Source: the human T2T-CHM13v2.0 reference genome, Homo sapiens. From it: a stretch of 64,000 nt of DNA. The translations under genes and the position numbers were made by a program. The stretch is taken from NCBI RefSeq assembly GCF_009914755.1, contig NC_060935.1, one strand, 5' to 3'. Below the pieces are notes generated by a model. The model made no database searches, had not been told where the DNA came from, and saw only the letters and a program-made list of their open reading frames with translations. This document shows, piece by piece, positions 13,531 to 24,582 of the stretch (position 1 is the first letter of the stretch; every line of letters starts with the position of its first letter).

Positions 13531-14150
13531 TACACATAAAAAATTGGATGTTTATATAGAAAAAACTAATTTATGTAAGTAATTAGATTTATCTCTCTAT
13601 TATCTTCTTGACATTTTCTACATCTTTTATCTTTTTCTATAAACCTGCTTTATCAGAGACTAAAAGCTGTAATTTAAAGTTCCCTTCCAATAATGTTAAT
13701 TTCTCTTATAACTCCTGATGTTCTACTATGTGGTGCAGAGAGACTCATAACCATTACATATTTATTGTAAATTGTATCCTATACCATTATAACGCTTTTG
13801 CATTTAACATTTTTTGACTGAATTTCCATTCTGACTGAAAGTCAGCCTGTTTGTTTGCTTGTTTGTTTATATTTACCTGTTATATCTTTAGTCACCATTT
13901 TATTTTCAATCTTTCTGAATCACCTGGTTATAGATGGGTTTCTTGTATGCCACATAGAGTTGTATTCTGCTCTTTGATCCAGTCTGACTCGTGTTCTTTT
14001 AACGAAGAAGTTAGAACATTTACCTTTTTTAATTTGACAGACAAAATTGTGTGTATTTATCATGTACAGCATGATGTTTTGAAGTACATTTACAATGTAG
14101 AATGGCTAAATCTAGCTAGTTAACAAATACATTGCCTCACATGGGTGTCA
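12320..14150 (-). mobile_element. Old L1M ORF2 fragments plus a short L1MA 3' end
   Basis: Antisense ORF2-like text (GGAATAAATCCCACCTGGATATGAT, TGTGAAACCACCTGGG); minus-strand translation near 12490-12738 resembles degraded RT (FYKVSTTLMQN). Boundaries approximate. Confidence 0.6.
13499..13537. repeat. (CA)n microsatellite
   Basis: Seen directly. Confidence 0.9.
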
Positions 14151-14159
14151 TTTAATACA

Positions 14160-14280
14160 CAGTACCCCCTTATTCTTAGGGGATATATTCTAAGTCTCCA
14201 GTAGATACCTGAAATCACAGATAGTACCAAACCCTATTTGCCATCAACTGGAACACCATTTTCTGTTCATGTCTTCCACA
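14160..14280. mobile_element. MER44/Tigger7-like terminal fragment
   Basis: CAGTACCCCCTTATTC...GGGGATATATTCTAAG...CCAGTAGATACCTGAAATCACAGATAGTACCAAACCCTAT resembles the reverse complement of the 58320-58619 element's end. Confidence 0.55.
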
Positions 14281-14370
14281 TGCTATTCTGTGAAATTGTG
14301 AGTCATCTAGCCTAAATTTTCCTGTCAAATTTCCCTATTAGCTGACAATGAGCCCTCCTTCCATGGCCCT

Positions 14371-14950
14371 TGTATTTTACTCATGGTTCTCCAGAGAGAA
14401 AGAATCAACTGGATTAGATAGCTCAGAGATATAAATATAGATTAGATATAGATATAGATAGATAGATGAGAGGGGATTTATTAGGGAAAATGGCTCAAAT
14501 GATTATGGAGGCTGAGAATTTCTATGACAAGCTGTCTGCAAGCTGGAGATTCTGAGATGTCAGCAGTGTGGATCAGTCCAAGTGTGAAAACCTCAGAACC
14601 AGGAAAGCCAATGGGTTAACTCTCAGTCCAAGCCCAAAGACCTGAGAATCCAGGGACCACTGGAGTTTGTCCTGGAGTCCCAAAGCCAAAGAGTTTGCAG
14701 TTCTGATATCCAAGGACTGGAGAACAGTTTCCCAGCTCCAAGAGAGAGAGGAAATCCTTTTCTCTGCGTTTTCTGTTCTGTCTGGGCCCCCAGCCGACTG
14801 AATGATGCCCACTCACATTGAGGGCAGGTTTTCCCCACTGGGTCCACTGACTCACATGCCAGCCTCCTCTGGAAACACCCTCACACTCACACACCCAGCA
14901 GTTCCCTAGGTGTTCCTTAATTCAGTCAAGTTGACACCTAAAATTAACGA
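14371..14950 (-). mobile_element. MLT2 (ERVL) solo LTR with internal (AGAT)n-like repeat
   Basis: GGTTCTCCAGAGAG...GATTATGGAGGCTGAGAA...GCTGTCTGCAAGCTGGAGA...CAGTCAAGTTGACACCTAAAATTAAC. Confidence 0.8.
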
Positions 14951-15559
14951 GTAGAGCCCTATTTGAGTTGCACTTTGTGTCCTCTCAGACACTCTATTTT
15001 TCATATGGTTTCCAATAACCCACTACCAGAGCAAGAGGGGTCATTTCAAATCATAAGAAAATGAGAGCTTCAATTACCAGAAGTCCTTGTGCTAAAAGTG
15101 CAGAGACAGCTCTAATGTGGGAAATTTGGCAATATTAATCACTCACTCCCCCTTTCCTGTGGGTCTAATTAGTGAGAATGACTGGAGCCAAAAGAGGATG
15201 AAAATACCATTGCATCTTTATTCATAGCCATGCTGAAGAGGCAAAGATGTCAGGACTCGCACCTCCCTCTCAGAACCCGGACTCTAACTTAACCCAGTAG
15301 GAGACAGCAGTAGAGGTTAGGATTGAAATAGCACAGATTCTGGCTTGTCCTCACCATGAGCTTGCCTTACGTTAGTACCAATAGTTTGGTGATGAAGACA
15401 CTGGGCACATTTCCATCAATGACCAACTTGTCAGTCTTTTTCAATCTTACCTGTCCAATTAATCTAACCTTCTCTCACAGAGTGGACAAAGTAAGAAAGC
15501 AAAAATATGGATAGAGTGTATTCACTTCTAAATTGTTCCCTCCTGGCAAGTGGTATTCT

Positions 15560-16050
15560 ATCCTTTGGTGGATACTGCTAGTTGTCTGCACAATAGCCAT
15601 GTTAGCACCTTCTTCCTTAGCAACAAAATTCTGTTGTTTAAGGATGATAATGCTATCAAGTGAAATGCTAAGTTTCTCAGCCTCCTTTGCAGGTAGGGAT
15701 AGTTAATAACTTGTCAGTAGCAGTCATACGTTAAATAGGTAAAGTACCCATTTGCTTATGCTTACCCCTGTGTCTTCCTGCTGCTTGAAATATGGACAAA
15801 ATCTTAAGAGCTCTAGTGGCCATCTGGAAATCATGATGCATTATTGAGAATGAAATCTCTAGCTAGAAAGAAGAGAAAAAAGATGGAGAGAGAGACTGAG
15901 TGCTTGATGACTCAGCACTGTCAAATCAGTCCTGGACTGCCCACCTCTGGATGCCGTTTATGTTGGAGGACAATAAACACTTATATGTTTCAGCCACTGC
16001 AGTCAGACTTTGGTTACCAGCAGCTGAAGTGGTTTGTAAATGATACATTT
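15560..16050 (+). mobile_element. Old MLT1 (MaLR) LTR
   Basis: TTTCTCAGCCTCCTTTGCAG...CTTCCTGCTGCTTGAAATATGGAC...CCTGGACTGCCCACCTCTGGA...AATAAAC...TTTCAGCCACTG...AATGATACA. Confidence 0.6.
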
Positions 16051-17734
16051 CTGCTGTGGAAGTGTGAGGGGAGAAAGGGCACTACGCATCTAAGCTAAGA
16101 GTTAACGCTGAGTCTGCCACGGACATCCTCTCATCTGCCTCTTGAGCACAGGGAAACCACGTCCTTTTCCTTCCAAAGATCCACTGGAAGTTCTCCTTGT
16201 ACTCTCGCTCTTCCTACTTGGAGGGTCACTTACCTATATTCTCCCACATGGTTAGAAATGTGAGAGACAACAGTTTACTCCTCCTGATACTCCAAAACTA
16301 TGTCATCACTTAATCGTTAAACAATTCTATTTGAACATCAATGTTAATAAGACTTGCGTGTTTCCAGTTTACAACTGATTACAGATTCTGATTGTAGCTC
16401 AGGGTCAGAGTTATAGATTTGAAAGTCACCATCAAATGCGTGGTTGTTGAAGTCACCTGAGTCAGAGAAATGCCTCAGGAAGAGCCCAGAAGAGAAGGAG
16501 ACCAAGAACTGAACCTAGAGGAATCTCAACCTTAAGGATGCTTCCTAAAGAGAAAAAAGTAGCCTTGCTAGAAATTAAAACGTCATGACGTGAGGAGATG
16601 ATGGAGTCGTGGTCTTGTGACAGAAGGACTCATTTAGGACAGATCTGACACTCAGTTTCAACTTACTTCTCTGTTACTGTAATGCCACAGCCCTCAACCC
16701 TCCTTCTATTTGTTTAACACTGTGAGAACAAACAATTCCTTAACGTCAACCCAAAACAATATGCAAGATGACCCATCCTTGGTTTGAGACAGAAGTGCAG
16801 GCCTTCTGAATTTATTTAATGTTGCATTTTCTGTGGAAGCAGTAGATGCTCTTATTTGGCTTTACAAGAGCCAAGAAAAGTCTCTCTGAGTTTTTGTCAT
16901 GTAAGATCCTCAGTCAAAAAGGAACTTCTTTCCAAAAGAGCCAAGCCAGTGTCTCATTAAGTCAAACATACTTTCACGGCTACTCACCCCAGTGCCAATA
17001 TGGAGTGAATGCAGGGAAAGTTATTCTTGGACTTTGATGCATTGATTACATAATTGTTCCTTTCCATTCATATCCTATGCCCTGACTTAGTTCTTGTTCC
17101 CGCTCATTTATACCAATGGTAATTGTTTTTTTTTCTTTATCCGTATCAAAGTAGATTTACTTTTGTCCTTCCTTATTCTTGATTCTTTTCTAATATCCCA
17201 AGACCCCCATGGACCTAGACACAGACAGTCCACTGGAGGGTGGGATTCAGCAAGGCCCAGAGGACTGACCAGCAGTGGTTGAGTAAGGTATTAAATCAAT
17301 TCCAATGAATGAATTAATATATTTAAGGTACCTCAAATGGTGCACAAACACATGGTGCAAGTTCAGTAACTGTTAAGTGTCATTATTATCATAATCAAAG
17401 CATAATCCAAGTATCAGAGTTTTTCTCCTCCAAAGATCTTCCTCTAGCAGATTTGGAGAAGATAGATAGAGTTTGTCTCACGTCTCCTGTTGGTCAGACC
17501 TGTGCTGCAGTTGCTTCTCTGCCCTGCTCTCAGCTCTCCCTCAGAATGTCTCCTGGCCACGAGCTGGAGCACTGAACTCTTCAATGTAGAACAGCAGAAC
17601 CTTTAGCAGAGTAATACAGAGTGGTCTTTGGCACTCAAAATCCAGATCCCTTCCAGACTCCCTGAGAGTGGGACGTGTAATATGACTCCTCTTTCTTTCC
17701 GATTCTATATTGATTAACTGTAATACACATACAG

Positions 17735-17761
<27 letters not shown>
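17735..17761. repeat. (CA)n microsatellite 3' of OR8B4
   Basis: Seen directly. Confidence 0.9.
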
Positions 17762-17765
<4 letters not shown>

Positions 17766-18614
17766 AACATGCACACACGTTGTCAGAACTGTAAAATCTA
17801 AATCCACTTTAAAGAATAAGCAATCTTCCTAAAATCCAGTAGTGTGCTTAGTATCTCCAGAGCAAGGCAGAGGCCACATTTTACAGATCATGCAAATCCG
17901 TGGAGTTCTTCCTTGTTTCTTCTTCCAGCCTGAGTCTCCGGAGCCTAAGAAATTGGCCCAATTACACAGGATCACTTACCCCTGATTACCATTCCAAGGC
18001 CCAGAAGCTTTAGAACTTTGAAATAAAAGATTTGGATTTGATTTATCCTTACAGAGCAGATCATAGAAAATTCTTGTGTGAGGGCTTCTTTTATGTACAT
18101 ACATGTATATGAAAAGGAGGGTTTATGATCTTCCTGACCAAGCAACCTCCTGAAGAGCTGGATATATAATCATATTAGCACTGGCACCAAGGTATCTACC
18201 ATTGATCTTTAATAAGTCTGCTTATGTAACTAAAGAGAAAACACTCCTCAACCTTTATACCACCACCTGCCCCTTGTTCCAGCCAGAAACGTTCTTGCTC
18301 AGAAAAACCCATTTAGCCTACCAAGAAAAGAATGGAAGGCATGGAGCCTCATCTTACTCATCTCTTGGGCCTAATACAGAGTTCAGTAAACAAAAGGCAT
18401 TTCATAGACACTAACTTGCAGGCAGTGAGCCAATTTAATTGTTGCAAAATAATATAGTCCTCAAGGAGAGTATAGGAAAGAGATTTCCAATTTTTAAAAG
18501 TGGAGAGGAGACCCTCTTTGAGGAAAAATATTAAAATTCCTCCGCCTATAAATAGAAAGACACTTGAGTATCATGCTTACCGAGAATCGGTTGCCAGTGA
18601 TATGAAGAGACCCA

Positions 18615-19544
18615 TTAGAAGAGCACTCTCTTCAGGGTTTTGCCCAGGGCAAGTTTATCATCCTTATTCCTCAAACTGTAGATCGAAGGGTTAAGCATGG
18701 GAACCACATTGGTGTAAAAGACTGAGGCAAATCTGCCATGGTTCATAGAGCCAGGAAAAGATGTTGTTAAGTAGGTGAATGTCCCTGACCCAAAAAACAG
18801 AGCAACAGCAATTATGTGGGAGCCCCATGTGCTAAAGGCTTTGGATCTGCCCTCTGCAGAAGGAATACAGAGGATGTTGGAGAGTATCAAAGCGTAAGAG
18901 ATGACGATGCTTATGCTGGATAGCATGGTGATTACTCCAACAACAATGAAAAATACCAGCTCACTGACATGGGTGCTGGTGCAGGAGAGCTGCAAGAGGG
19001 GGAGAACGTCACACAGATAATGGTCAATGACGTTGGAATCACAGAAGGTCAGTCGCAGCATGCTTCCAGTGTGGGCCATGGCCCCAGCAAACCCTACCAC
19101 ATAGGAACCAAACATCAGCAGAAAGCAGACCCTTGGGGACATGGTGACCATGTAGAGCAGGGGGTTGCAGATGGCCACATAGCGATCATAGGCCATTGAT
19201 ACCAACACATAGCACTCAGAATTGACAAAGAAACAGAAGAAAAATAGCTGAGTCATACATCCCACATAAGAGATGATACTTTCTGAAACAAAGTCATTCA
19301 GCATTTTGGGGGTAAACACACAGGAATAACAGAGATCTATAAAGGACAAGTTGAAGAGGAAAAAGTACATGGGGGTGTGAAGGCTAGGATTTATCCCAAT
19401 TAAGGTGATCAAGCCCAAGTTGCCCACCACAGTGAACACATAGATCCCTAAGAATAGAAGGAAAAGAGGGAGCTGGAGCTCTGGCTGTTCTGATAATCCC
19501 ACAAGGATAAACTCAGTCACTGAGGAGCTGTTTCTCAGAGTCAT
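18615..19544 (-). CDS. OR8B4: Olfactory receptor family 8 subfamily B member 4 (309 aa, class II OR GPCR), intact ORF
   Basis: ATG at 19544-19542 (the ORF track extends to an upstream non-ATG start lying in the splice-acceptor tract). OR motifs present: N-terminal NSS sequon, GN (TM1), LHTPMYFFL, PKML, MAYDRYVAICNPLLY, KAFST-x-x-H, PMLNP-x-IYSLRNKD. N-terminus MTLRNSSSVTEFILVGLSEQ recognised as OR8B4. Confidence 0.93.
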   Translation of the reverse strand: MTLRNSSSVTEFILVGLSEQPELQLPLFLLFLGIYVFTVVGNLGLITLIGINPSLHTPMYFFLFNLSFIDLCYSCVFTPKMLNDFVSESIISYVGCMTQLFFFCFFVNSECYVLVSMAYDRYVAICNPLLYMVTMSPRVCFLLMFGSYVVGFAGAMAHTGSMLRLTFCDSNVIDHYLCDVLPLLQLSCTSTHVSELVFFIVVGVITMLSSISIVISYALILSNILCIPSAEGRSKAFSTWGSHIIAVALFFGSGTFTYLTTSFPGSMNHGRFASVFYTNVVPMLNPSIYSLRNKDDKLALGKTLKRVLF

Positions 19545-19558
19545 TCTCTCTTGGCGAG

Positions 19559-19592
19559 CTGTCTGGGGAAGCAGAGGGCAAAACACAAAGAG
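19559..19592 (-). promoter_or_regulatory. 3' splice acceptor of the OR8B4 coding exon (tandem AGs)
   Basis: Minus strand reads ctctttgtgttttgccctctgcttccccag|ACAG|CTCGCCAAGAGAGAATG: pyrimidine tract with AG at 19564-19563 and an alternative at 19560-19559. Confidence 0.7.
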
Positions 19593-20479
19593 TCATGACA
19601 GGCACAAGCATGGCTAAGGGAAGAAGACTCTAGTGGACCAGCCAGTGTGCAGATGCCCTCTCTTCCATCCTCCCTCATCTACACACCTCCCCACCCTGAG
19701 GTATTAACAACGTGTCTGTGAGAGGATCTCAGCTCTGCTGGGCCGATCATGAATTCAAGCTAGCATCTGTTACCATGGGCAGCAAGAATTCCGTCTCTGC
19801 TTGAGAGATGACGAGGGAGACAACACACCTGAATTGGCTGCCCAGGGACTCTCAGAAAGACACCCTGAGAACCAAGAGTACAACCTGGGCCGCTGCCTCA
19901 AGAGCTGAGAGACCAGAGCTCTCAAGGTCACCAGGATGCCCTCCCATTCTCTGCCTCCGTCTCCCAACTAGATAGTGGATTTCCATCTGGAGAGAAAGCC
20001 AAGAGTGTTACCTGCTGGCTCTTTACATCCCACCCGCCTCCTCGAAGACCCTCCATTCCATCTCACCTCAGGGTCAGTGTTGAGAGCAGAGACGGGATCC
20101 ATACTTCCCAGAGCCCTTGGTTGTGGGTTTCAAAGAGACCATCAGGAAAGACAGGATTCGGACCTTCACCTTCCTTCTCCCGGGCCCCACTCAGTGCTGG
20201 GCCTTACGCCATCTCTTTTTCCATTAGCCAGAAAGAGAAAATGGTGCTGCTTGTGCAGAAAGCACACAGCCTTGCGTATTACCTCTTTTGACTCCCTTGG
20301 TGCTGAGAATCAGAGCTTTTACAGACCCCAGGCTCCAAGGTGCTCAAGGAATAGACCATGGTTTCTGTTTGTGGATTTTCCCAGGTGGTCTTGACAACTT
20401 CAGGAAAAAAAACTAGGAACTCTCATTTTGACCAGAACCCCAGCTGTCATATCGCAGAGGAATTTAAGCTGCTTGACGA

Positions 20480-20516
20480 TCTCAGGGACCTGATTAGACA
20501 CAGTTTCCCCTGGGAA
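20480..20516 (-). promoter_or_regulatory. Candidate OR8B4 promoter cassette: homeodomain (LHX2-type) plus O/E (EBF) sites
   Basis: Minus strand CTAATCAGGTCCCTGAGA (20497-20480) plus near-palindromic TTCCCCTGGGAA (20505-20516), ~950 bp upstream of the ATG; conserved at the paralogous OR8B8 position. Confidence 0.55.
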
Positions 20517-20974
20517 TTTCTCCAAGATCTGTCTCTATAGGGAAGGAATTGCACTGTCTTTGTTTACAGCCTGGATAACGGTGCTTACCTAGCATCTTGG
20601 GAGTGGGGGTTCCACTCAAACTTTCCCTCTACTCCAGGGATTTCATGTTATTCAGTGCTGAGTTTGGGGACTCATTTTTTCCTTTCTCATTAACTCTCAG
20701 AGCCTAAGCTTGAATTTAAGAGTGAATAGCCCCAACCTAAGCCACCATCTCCAAATCTTCACAGGGAGCTATGAGAGTAGGACCCCTCAGAAAAGGTCAG
20801 ATCAGATCTACAGAGAGCACCTCAGATAAAAGGCTTCTTGGACCATGCGCTGCTCAGAACAGAAACCACACCACCTCCACCACAAACACCACCTACTCGC
20901 AGCTCTAATAAGGGCCGCAGACAGGCCTTTACTATATATGAAGAGATTAAAATATCACAACACATATGCTAGAA

Positions 20975-20975
<1 letters not shown>

Positions 20976-21019
<44 letters not shown>
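20976..21019. repeat. (CA)n microsatellite 5' of OR8B4
   Basis: Seen directly. Confidence 0.95.
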
Positions 21020-21021
<2 letters not shown>

Positions 21022-21193
21022 CTACACAGAGTTACTCTCTAGGCATGCAGGCTTAAGGTATAATGGGAGATGGATGTAAGGGTCTAATCCTGCCATTATT
21101 CAGATGACAAAGCTGCTCTCCATATGATCTGCTAGATGAATATTTTAAGAAAAATTCAAAGACATGGGAGCATCTGCATTTGTAAGTTTCACT

Positions 21194-21330
21194 AAGGCTA
21201 CCTAAAATAATCCCAGTTCGCCTGGGACAGTCCTGACTTACACTCATTATCTCTGTATAATTATTAATAGCATACCCTTTCACTCTCAGAAGTGTCTGGA
21301 CTTGGACAACAAATTGTGTATACTAACTAA
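21194..21330. mobile_element. MER94-like hAT-Blackjack MITE
   Basis: TCCCAGTTCGCCTGGGACAGTCC...TAATTATTAATAGC...CCTTTTCACTCTCAGAAGTGTC...TTGGACAACAAATT. Confidence 0.6.
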
Positions 21331-21339
21331 AAGTAAGTA

Positions 21340-21800
21340 GGCATATTTACCTAAAGACATGCCAAGATTGTGCACTGCAGCGTTGTCCTTAACAGCCACA
21401 AACTGAAATCACCCCATCTGTCAGCCAACTGTAGACCGGATAATAAATGGTAGGATGTTAATAAAATAGAATTCCATATAGCCATGAAAGATAATGACAT
21501 AGATAAATGTCACAAACCAACAGAGAGTGAAAGGAGCCAAGCACAGAAGAGGGTATATTTTATGATTTCATTTACATACAGTTTAGAAACAAGGAAGCTA
21601 ATCTATGGTGCTAGAAGTCACACAGCAGTTCCTCTTGGCTGGGCAGGCAGGGGCTAGTGACTGGAGAAGGATGTGAAGGGTGCTTTAGGGTTGCTGGCAA
21701 TGTCTGGTTCTGACAGGGGTGCTGGTGACACAGATGTATGCAGTTAGCAAAAATTCATCGAGCTCTATCCTTATGTTACACTTAAATAAAAAGTTTATTT
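21340..21800 (+). mobile_element. L1ME/MC 3' end fragment
   Basis: TATGATTTCATTTACATACAGTTTAGAAACAAGG...AATCTATGGTGCTAGAAGTCA...AAAATTCATCGAGCT...AAATAAAAAGTT. Confidence 0.65.
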
Positions 21801-23094
21801 AAAACGTAAGTGGAGAACAAAAAATAAATCATCCTACCAAATTAGTTTAAGACAAAAATTACTCAACAGCTTTGAGCTATAATTCCCCCATTTGTAAAAT
21901 GGATATTTACTGCCCTGACAACTCAATATAGTAGAACGTGCAAGAAAAATAACACCGTTTATGTTTCTTTTCCATCTTATGTCTCTTAAAATAAAAAACC
22001 ATTTTTTAATATAAAGGGAAGAAATCAAGAGAAAAGAGAATTAATGCATATGGAGCAACTACAGAGTGCCTGGCCTTATGCTGGATGTTTTCTGATGTAA
22101 TATGTTGTTTATAACAACTATACAATGTGTATGTGTGTGGCAGATTGTATTTCCCAAGTATGACTATACTGGTGCACACACACATACACAGTCACGCATG
22201 TATACCTTACATCCCACATGCTCTTGATATAATAGGACTGAAACTCCTCCAATCAAAAGATGAGGCCTATATGCCCTAATTTTGCCTCTAGGCAGGGACT
22301 TGGGATTTTTCCAATCACTAGAGTATGGTGGAAGTGACGCTATGTGACTTTCAAGATTGGGTCATAAAAGGGTAGAGCTTCCACCAGGCATGCATTCTCT
22401 CTCTCTATATATATATATATTCTCCCTCTCTCTATCTCTCCCCTCTCCCCAAACCTCTTTTGACATCCCTTAACCTTCAGGAAAGTCATGTTAAAACCCT
22501 CTGGCCTTGTCACAAGATAAAATCACATAATTACATGCCATAGGAACTTAACTCTTGTTTATGTCACTTACCCTATAGGAAAATTGCTCTCATTATACAG
22601 TACATTATTTCACTTGAAGTTGTGGTTTCCAAGCACCTACCAAAAATTTTGAGTGCAGATTTACCGTACACTATAAGGTAGCAAGTGTGTGGTCATTTGT
22701 CCAGTGTTGAGGGGCAGGAGCCCCTTAGGACCTACATGCCAGTGAGTGGACACTTGGAAAAACACTCAAGGGAAATAGCCAGGGGACTCACCAGAACAGG
22801 TCTGGATCACTTGGCCCAATTCTCCCACACTACCAAGGAAGTCTCCTTCCAGTTCCATATTTGAATAATGTTTATGAGGTTTACTTTTATGAAGAAAACA
22901 AGCATTGCTATTTAGTACACATAATTCCTTACCCATTGCATTTTCCCATCCTGAATGGCAGTTTATTAGGTATGCAGCAATGATCTAACAATGGAAGAGA
23001 GAATCTTCTGTTCATTAGAGTAGACGTCAATTTATTAATCATCCAACAAATATTTATTAAAGCTAGTTATTTCCAGTAATATTGCAAAAGCTAT

Positions 23095-23527
23095 TGTATT
23101 AGTCAGGGTTCTCTAGAGGGACAGAACTAATGTGATACATAGAGAGAGGCGTTTATTAAGTATTAATTCACATGATCACAAGGTCCCACAATAGGCTGTC
23201 TGCAGGCAGAGGAGCAAGGAGAGCCAGTCCAAGTCCCAAAACTGAGGACCCTGGAGTCCATTGTTCGAAGGAAGGAAGCATCCAGCATGGGAGAAAGGTG
23301 TAGGCTGGGAGGCTAGGCCAGTCTCTCTTCTACATTTTTCTGCCTGCTTATATTCTAGTCTCGACGGCAGCTGATTAGATTGTGCCCACCCAGATTAAGG
23401 GTGGGTCTGCCTTTCCCAGCCCACTGACTCAAACATTAATCTCCTTTGGCAACACCCTCACAGACACACCCAGGATCAATACTTTGTATCCTTCAATCTA
23501 ATCAAGTTGACAGTATTCAGCATCACA
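23095..23527 (-). mobile_element. MLT2A (HERVL) solo LTR
   Basis: TGTATTAGTCAGGGTTCTCTAGAGGGACAGAACTAA...CAAGTTGACA...CATCACA; 5-bp TSD GCTAT (23090-23094) / GTTAT (23528-23532). Confidence 0.88.
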
Positions 23528-24557
23528 GTTATATTCAGAAAGAGTTCTTGGGATAAAAACAAAAACCAAGAATTCTGGACAAAATATTAAAAGCATCTAT
23601 TTGTTCATATTTGAGCTGCCAAAAACTAAGTAAAAATCTGCGAGAGCAAAAGAGAAGAAGTAAGAAAGTAAGACTTCAGAGGGATGCACAAACCCCAGAG
23701 CTAGAGTTTGCCTTTGGGGAACTAGCGGATTCCTGGGGGGTCAGAGCTGGGGTTTAATGAGTTAGCTATGCAGGAGATAAAAAGATAAAGCCTGGAACTT
23801 TAAGCAGGTTGGAAGTTTGGAACCATGACTGACATAATTCTGACTCCCCAGGAAAAAAAAAAATTCTCCATGGCTAACTTGGAGAAAAAATGCCCACAGT
23901 AGGAGCAGGCCTAGAAATGTGACCGACTTGGCCTTGGCTCTAGAATGGCAGAAAAACAGACAAAATAGCCTCTGACAATTTCTAATCACCTCTGTGTTTC
24001 AAGTAAAAAATTCATATTACAAATATGACAATAACAAAAAGTTCTTTCTGGAGAATAAAACTTAAATCCAGATATGAAATTATTTCCCCAGATAAATATC
24101 CAAGGATCATGAGCTCATGATGAAAATTTTAAACAAACACAAAATAATCCACCATCAATAAGACTCACCAGGAATGATAAAACACAATTTATGTACCTAG
24201 CCAAACCTGCAAAATTACTAGCTTGTCAGGGACAGAAAACAAAATAGATGCATACAATATGTTTTTAAAAATTAAAAATTAAAAAGCAAACTGAAAGTAT
24301 AATGAAGGAACCATCAAAACTGAAAGAACTCCCCAAACTTTAAAGAATCAAATAGAATTTTTAGAAATGAAAATATGGTGATTAAAATTGGGACCTCTAT
24401 GAATATGTTAGAGAGCTTATGTTAGACACAAGTGAAGAGAAAATAAGTAAACTGGAAGGTAGATCTGAAGAAATTGTCCGGAAAAGTCAACATCAGTGTG
24501 GGAGAGACTATGAATTAGAAATACAATTTAAGATATGTAGAAATAGGAAGTTCCAAT

Positions 24558-24582
24558 GTGTGTGTGTGTGTGTGTGTGTGTG
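24558..24582. repeat. (TG)n microsatellite
   Basis: Seen directly. Confidence 0.95.

Noticed and set aside
18969-19199. Plus-strand ORF inside OR8B4 (and similar 35025-35411 inside OR8B8)
   Set aside because: Antisense shadows of the OR coding frames; their mutual similarity follows from paralogy.
19545-19586. 14-aa N-terminal extension of OR8B4 in the ORF track
   Set aside because: It starts at a non-ATG codon inside the intronic pyrimidine tract of the acceptor; the true start is 19544.
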